DNA of 8,682 bases, taken from the IMG/VR virus record IMGVR_UViG_2734482774_000009; one strand, written 5' to 3'. Of this stretch, positions 5,390 through 8,682 are shown in pieces. Under the pieces are notes generated by a model, which was not told the origin of the DNA, ran no database searches, and saw nothing but the letters and a program-made list of their open reading frames with translations. The position numbers were made by a program, and so were the translations under genes. The stretch comes from a virus (Duplodnaviria; Heunggongvirae; Uroviricota; Caudoviricetes). How positions within the stretch are numbered: the stretch's first letter is position 1; the number at the start of each line of letters is the position of its first letter.

Positions 5390-7138
5390 TTATAAAAACG
5401 CGTCGCAATCGTCTGTTGTAATTGCGTTGGTCTGCGTTACTCCCTTAACTTTTCGCGTAATATATTCATGCCCGTAAACTTTCGCCGCTGGCTTCATGGC
5501 CTTGCTGAACTCAGCCACGTTTAGCGGTTTGCTCCTGCCTGCGTATGCCATAAACGCCAGATAGACGCGGTAAAGGCTGTTCCTGGTCGTGTACTTCACT
5601 GAATCACCACCGCCACCCATCATCAGGCCGCGCGCTTCCTCCAGAAAATTCAGGAACTGGCAAAACTCAATAACCGGATCCGTCTGTTGCTTTATTGCCA
5701 GTGCTTCATCACCGTCACGCTGTTCCAGTAGTAAAGCCCTCGCCTTTTCAGGGTCGGTAAAGTTCGCCAGCAAGCGGCGGATAATAACGGGGATTTCAGC
5801 CGCAATTTTTTCCGGTAGTTCCCTGTCTTTTTCGGCCTCACTAACAATATTGTCGAAACGGAAAATCACGCGACGACGTGCCACACCTCCGGCCCGTTCG
5901 GTGAATATCATCGGGTTATTATTGGTCGCCAGCACCACCGCCCTGATTACCGCCGTGAAACGCTTTTCATATTTCGGGTTTATTTCCACGGGGTCGCCGC
6001 CCGTGATTTTCTTGATGCCCGTTCCTTCGCCTGTATATTTCGGCTGGTCTGCCAGGACGATAAGACGACTCCCGACAACCTGCGCACGTCCACCAGCATC
6101 ATCAAGCGATGTCATTTCAGCGCTTACCGTGTTCTGTTTCCCTGCCAGAAGGCTGGCTATGTGTGTGAATGTACTTTTACCGCTCCCGCCGTCTCCGGTG
6201 GCCTCAATAAACATCTGCCAGTCGTACCGGTTCGCCATAATCATGTACAGCGCGGCACATATACGCATCATCTTGCGCGGGTCTTTTCCGGCTGCGTGAT
6301 CAAGCCATTTATGAAAGTTTGGCGCGTTGTCGCGGATATTCTCCCCTGGTGCTGGTGGCGTGTATTCAATGCCGTTGTGCGTGGTGATCCAGTTCTCCGG
6401 CGTGTGCGGGGAAAATTCCCCTGTTTTCAGGTCAAGCGCACCATTGGCGAACGGCAACAAATCGCCGGACGGCTCGCCCATTGGTTCGGCAATAACTTTT
6501 AATGCTTCCACGGCGTTATTGATTACGCGCTTGCTGAAAGTGGCCCTGTGCTCTGAATAGATCGCCACCATTTCGCGGCTAAGTTCCATTGTGCTGACCG
6601 GACACCATACCCCGCCGCGCCATACGTGAACGATTTCACTTTCCGGATGCACACAAACGCCATCAAATCGACCAGCAAGCATCTGTGCGCGCTCACTGTC
6701 TGCCATTTGTGCCAGTTGCGTATTTTTCTGCTCCGGCATGGTAAGCCCTGCGGCAATATTTTCACGCTCAGCATTCAGATAGCGCCGCCAGTTTTCACAC
6801 TTCTGGACGTGCATTCCTTCGTGGTAAAAATTTGCGTCCTGAATATCTGCCGCCGCCAGCTTCTGACCAATCTTTTTGGTCTCCACTAAATCCAGTTCTC
6901 CGGCCTGGTACAGCCTTACGCGCTTTTTCCCATCCGGAACAATTTTCAGCGCATCAAGTTCGGCAAGCTGCTTTGGCCCAAGCCACACAGGCGGCACATT
7001 ATCGCCGGATGCGGGGCCATCCTGCTCCTGCCATTGTTTCGCGTGCGACCAGGCATCACTACCCGCAAAGATAATTACCTCTGTGTCTTTGTGTTTTATT
7101 CCGCGTGGCTGTTTTTTTACGTTCGGTGCCAGTTTCAT
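5390..7138 (-). CDS. Replication initiator: P4-type primase/helicase (582 aa)
   Basis: Walker A ATGDGGSGKSTF and Walker-B-like LIVLADQ in the C-terminal half, with an N-terminal primase-like region, as in P4 alpha / PICI Pri-Rep-type proteins (recalled). AGGGG Shine-Dalgarno; ATGA overlap with the upstream 99-aa gene. Confidence 0.85.
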   Translation of the reverse strand: MKLAPNVKKQPRGIKHKDTEVIIFAGSDAWSHAKQWQEQDGPASGDNVPPVWLGPKQLAELDALKIVPDGKKRVRLYQAGELDLVETKKIGQKLAAADIQDANFYHEGMHVQKCENWRRYLNAERENIAAGLTMPEQKNTQLAQMADSERAQMLAGRFDGVCVHPESEIVHVWRGGVWCPVSTMELSREMVAIYSEHRATFSKRVINNAVEALKVIAEPMGEPSGDLLPFANGALDLKTGEFSPHTPENWITTHNGIEYTPPAPGENIRDNAPNFHKWLDHAAGKDPRKMMRICAALYMIMANRYDWQMFIEATGDGGSGKSTFTHIASLLAGKQNTVSAEMTSLDDAGGRAQVVGSRLIVLADQPKYTGEGTGIKKITGGDPVEINPKYEKRFTAVIRAVVLATNNNPMIFTERAGGVARRRVIFRFDNIVSEAEKDRELPEKIAAEIPVIIRRLLANFTDPEKARALLLEQRDGDEALAIKQQTDPVIEFCQFLNFLEEARGLMMGGGGDSVKYTTRNSLYRVYLAFMAYAGRSKPLNVAEFSKAMKPAAKVYGHEYITRKVKGVTQTNAITTDDCDAFL

Positions 7139-7434
7139 TTTTTACCCCTGAATCCGTTAATCATGGTTTTCAGCTTCTGGATGTTTGCCCGTGCCCTGGC
7201 GTTGCTGGTGGGCACGTTATGCGGCGCGGTCTGTACCAGAGAAAAATCACGCCGGAACTGATAAACAGGCATCACGCAATCATATTCGTAACCTTCACGG
7301 CGGTAAGTTACGCACCGTCCCGCCACGCCCTTAATCATTACCGTGCCGCCGTACTGGTCGCGGTAAATATCACCGCGCGTAAATTTTGGGTGAGTGTTGC
7401 CACTGGCAGTTAAGCCAGAATATTTAAGTTTCAT
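7135..7434 (-). CDS. Hypothetical 99-aa protein, translationally coupled to the primase
   Basis: ATG 7434 with GGAGA upstream; stop overlaps the primase ATG. Confidence 0.55.
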   Translation of the reverse strand: MKLKYSGLTASGNTHPKFTRGDIYRDQYGGTVMIKGVAGRCVTYRREGYEYDCVMPVYQFRRDFSLVQTAPHNVPTSNARARANIQKLKTMINGFRGKK

Positions 7435-7439
7435 TATTT

Positions 7440-7667
7440 TTATTCTCCGGTGTGGGGCGCGTTATTATTTTCGTGAATTGCCATCGCCTTATCCAGTTCA
7501 TCAATTACAGGCGATAGTAATGTCTGAACGGCGGCAAGCATTAATGACGAAGATTCTTCTCCAGCTTCCGTTGCTTCAATTAATTTAATTAACAACGCAT
7601 TCATTTCGCGCGCTTTAATTAATGCGTTTTCAGAGTGGATTAATACTTCAAAAGGGATTTTATTCAT
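7440..7667 (-). CDS. Hypothetical 75-aa protein (predicted helical, acidic)
   Basis: Start chosen at internal ATG 7667 (AGAGGG Shine-Dalgarno, ATGAATAA overlap with upstream stop) rather than the track's 7712 start. Confidence 0.5.
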   Translation of the reverse strand: MNKIPFEVLIHSENALIKAREMNALLIKLIEATEAGEESSSLMLAAVQTLLSPVIDELDKAMAIHENNNAPHTGE

Positions 7668-7896
7668 GGCGTACCCTCTGAATATCTGCGGTAAGAATTT
7701 TACCTGCCTCATTCAGCGCCATATCAGCACTAAGTTGCATAACCGCCAGCGAATGAGGGACGAAAGCCCCGGCATATTCTGTTTCACTGGTGGCGTGCTT
7801 ATGCGCCCTGTCAGCAATAACAGAAATATCAATCAGCGCGTGCATCAGCGTAGTGAGCGCGGCGGCGGCTGCGTCCGGTGTGGTTTTATTGCACAT
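7660..7896 (-). CDS. Hypothetical 78-aa protein
   Basis: Start chosen at ATG 7896 with strong GGAGGGG Shine-Dalgarno; the longer track ORF (to 7953) lacks a Shine-Dalgarno and would overlap the upstream gene by 68 nt. Confidence 0.5.
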   Translation of the reverse strand: MCNKTTPDAAAAALTTLMHALIDISVIADRAHKHATSETEYAGAFVPHSLAVMQLSADMALNEAGKILTADIQRVRHE

Positions 7897-8119
7897 GGTG
7901 TACCCCTCCGCATTTTTTTTCGTTAGAAATAAGCGTTCTTCTTTCCTGTTCATCGCTCAGGAATACGCAGACCTCACCGCTAAGGCGTTTAAGTAAGCCG
8001 ATGATTGCCCCTGATTCGCTGTCGGTCATCATGCCAGGGTAATCCTCTGCCAGTGCGCAAATAACTTCGATTTGGTGGGCGCGTTCTGCTGCCTGCTGTA
8101 GTGTGATTTCCTGACTCAT
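7886..8119 (-). CDS. Hypothetical 77-aa protein
   Basis: Track ORF begins with a TTG at 8176; the internal ATG at 8119 has a GGGGG Shine-Dalgarno and an ATGA overlap with the upstream 64-aa gene stop. Confidence 0.5.
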   Translation of the reverse strand: MSQEITLQQAAERAHQIEVICALAEDYPGMMTDSESGAIIGLLKRLSGEVCVFLSDEQERRTLISNEKKCGGVHHVQ

Positions 8120-8310
8120 AAGCCTACCCCCTGACGAATACGGGCGGCGAATACAGCCACACAACCGGACGGGCAACGGCTACGCGCTTCGCGTTCCGTC
8201 CAGGCGGTGACGTGGATGATTTGAGATTCTCCGGCACTCAGGGCCAGAAAACGCCACACAAAGGCAGTTTGTGTGTGTACAAGGTGTGGTATATGATTTA
8301 CGGCAACCAT
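8116..8310 (-). CDS. Hypothetical 64-aa protein, first gene of the replication operon
   Basis: ATG 8310 with GAGGAG Shine-Dalgarno at good spacing; no family recognised (not AlpA-like, no Ogr/Delta zinc-finger pattern). Confidence 0.5.
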   Translation of the reverse strand: MVAVNHIPHLVHTQTAFVWRFLALSAGESQIIHVTAWTEREARSRCPSGCVAVFAARIRQGVGL

Positions 8311-8377
8311 AACGGCTCCTCGTTTACGTTGTTGGTTAGAAGCCCCGTTACTGCTCCTACAGTGCGGGGTTTCGTCG

Positions 8378-8473
8378 TTTCAACACCTTGCCTAAATAAG
8401 GTGTTGAACACCAATTTAAATCGAGGTGTTAAACACGTCAAGTGTTGAACACTTATTTTTTTTCCTGCATACT
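8378..8473. promoter_or_regulatory. Divergent control region with three 11-bp palindromic operators GTGTT(G/A)AACAC and a half-site
   Basis: Sites at 8401-8411, 8426-8436, 8442-8452, plus half-site caacacc at about 8381-8387. Candidate plus-strand promoter: -35 TTGAAC (8445-8450, inside operator 3), 17-bp spacer, -10 CATACT (8468-8473). Confidence 0.55.
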
Positions 8474-8502
8474 GCATTTGTTTTTTATGAGGGGTGCTCA
8501 AC

Positions 8503-8682
8503 ATGGCGACAAAAGCAGTAAACGCAAAATCACAAACAGTTGCGGCAAGGGTTCCACATGAAGTTATGAACAATGTTGAGGCGGTAAAAATGCCCGGCGA
8601 AAGTACAGGGCAGTTTGTTACAGCTGCATTAAAGCGGGAAGTTGAATACCGCCAGCGTCGCAAGGCCAAAGAATCAGAATAA
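8503..8682 (+). CDS. Small DNA-binding regulator, ribbon-helix-helix (Arc/CopG-like) candidate, 59 aa
   Basis: ATG 8503 with GAGGGG Shine-Dalgarno 8 nt upstream (track ORF starts at a GTG at 8494). Pattern TVAARVPHEV (beta-strand) - MNNVEAV (helix) - G - STGQFVTAALKREV (helix) fits an RHH fold; basic C-terminal tail. Only gene transcribed away from the minus-strand operons. Confidence 0.5.
   Translation: MATKAVNAKSQTVAARVPHEVMNNVEAVKMPGESTGQFVTAALKREVEYRQRRKAKESE

Noticed and set aside
5589-6299. 236-aa plus-strand ORF (also 6161..6502, 6327..6560, 6626..6889, 6832..7074, 6876..7151 plus; 6523..6774 minus)
   Set aside because: All lie antisense to or inside the 582-aa primase/helicase gene, which has clear Walker motifs. 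They are shadow ORFs with low-complexity, Ser/Pro/Arg-rich translations and no ribosome-binding sites.
8095-8165. Possible frameshift or pseudogene in the 64-aa/77-aa ORF overlap
   Set aside because: My manual codon count slipped by 2 nt at GT and CA dinucleotide runs near 8100 and 8155. The provided ORF track is internally consistent, so I attribute this to my own reading error and have used track coordinates; coordinates here may be off by up to 2 bp.
1-8682. Classic P4-type satellite identity
   Set aside because: No recognisable Sid, Psu, Delta/Ogr zinc-finger or AlpA, and no P2-type cos; the packaging signals and capsid genes are lambda-like, so the element is P4-like only in its primase/helicase.
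1-8682. CRISPR array, tRNA/rRNA genes, IS elements, toxin-antitoxin pairs
   Set aside because: No regularly spaced repeat-spacer array, no cloverleaf-like tRNA candidates at the junction, no transposase-like ORF or terminal inverted repeats other than the cos inverted repeat, and no recognisable toxin families among the small ORFs.

Overview
This 8,682-bp window reads as the left chromosomal junction plus most of a compact phage-satellite-like element (PICI/P4-style logic). It appears inserted about 46 codons into a membrane-transporter gene whose N-terminus matches what I recall of the AI-2 exporter TqsA. Every element gene except one is on the minus strand, in tightly coupled operons (ATGA/TAATG overlaps, good Shine-Dalgarno sites). 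From right to left: (1) a regulatory switch, with a small plus-strand ribbon-helix-helix-like gene facing the minus-strand operon across three GTGTT(G/A)AACAC palindromes; (2) five small ORFs of unknown function leading into a 582-aa P4-type primase/helicase; (3) an iteron-rich putative origin directly after the primase stop; (4) a 104-aa unknown protein plus a short SSB ending in DDIPF; (5) a mini morphogenesis operon encoding a lambda gpE-like major capsid protein and gpD-like decoration protein, with no portal, protease, scaffold or large terminase visible; (6) a lambda Nu1-like small terminase gene bracketed by two lambda-type cos sites in inverted orientation (47-bp perfect inverted repeat containing cosQ and the GGGCGGCGACCT cosN core) with different cosB flanks. 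The most notable points are the dual inverted cos sites and a satellite that supplies its own capsid shell and decoration protein while apparently relying on a lambdoid helper for the rest. No rRNA, tRNA, CRISPR array, IS element or integrase is visible; the integrase and other junction are presumably beyond the right edge. All homology calls are from memory of reference proteins (lambda E, D, Nu1, E. coli SSB, P4-type primases), not searches; hand-called motif coordinates may be off by 1-3 bp.
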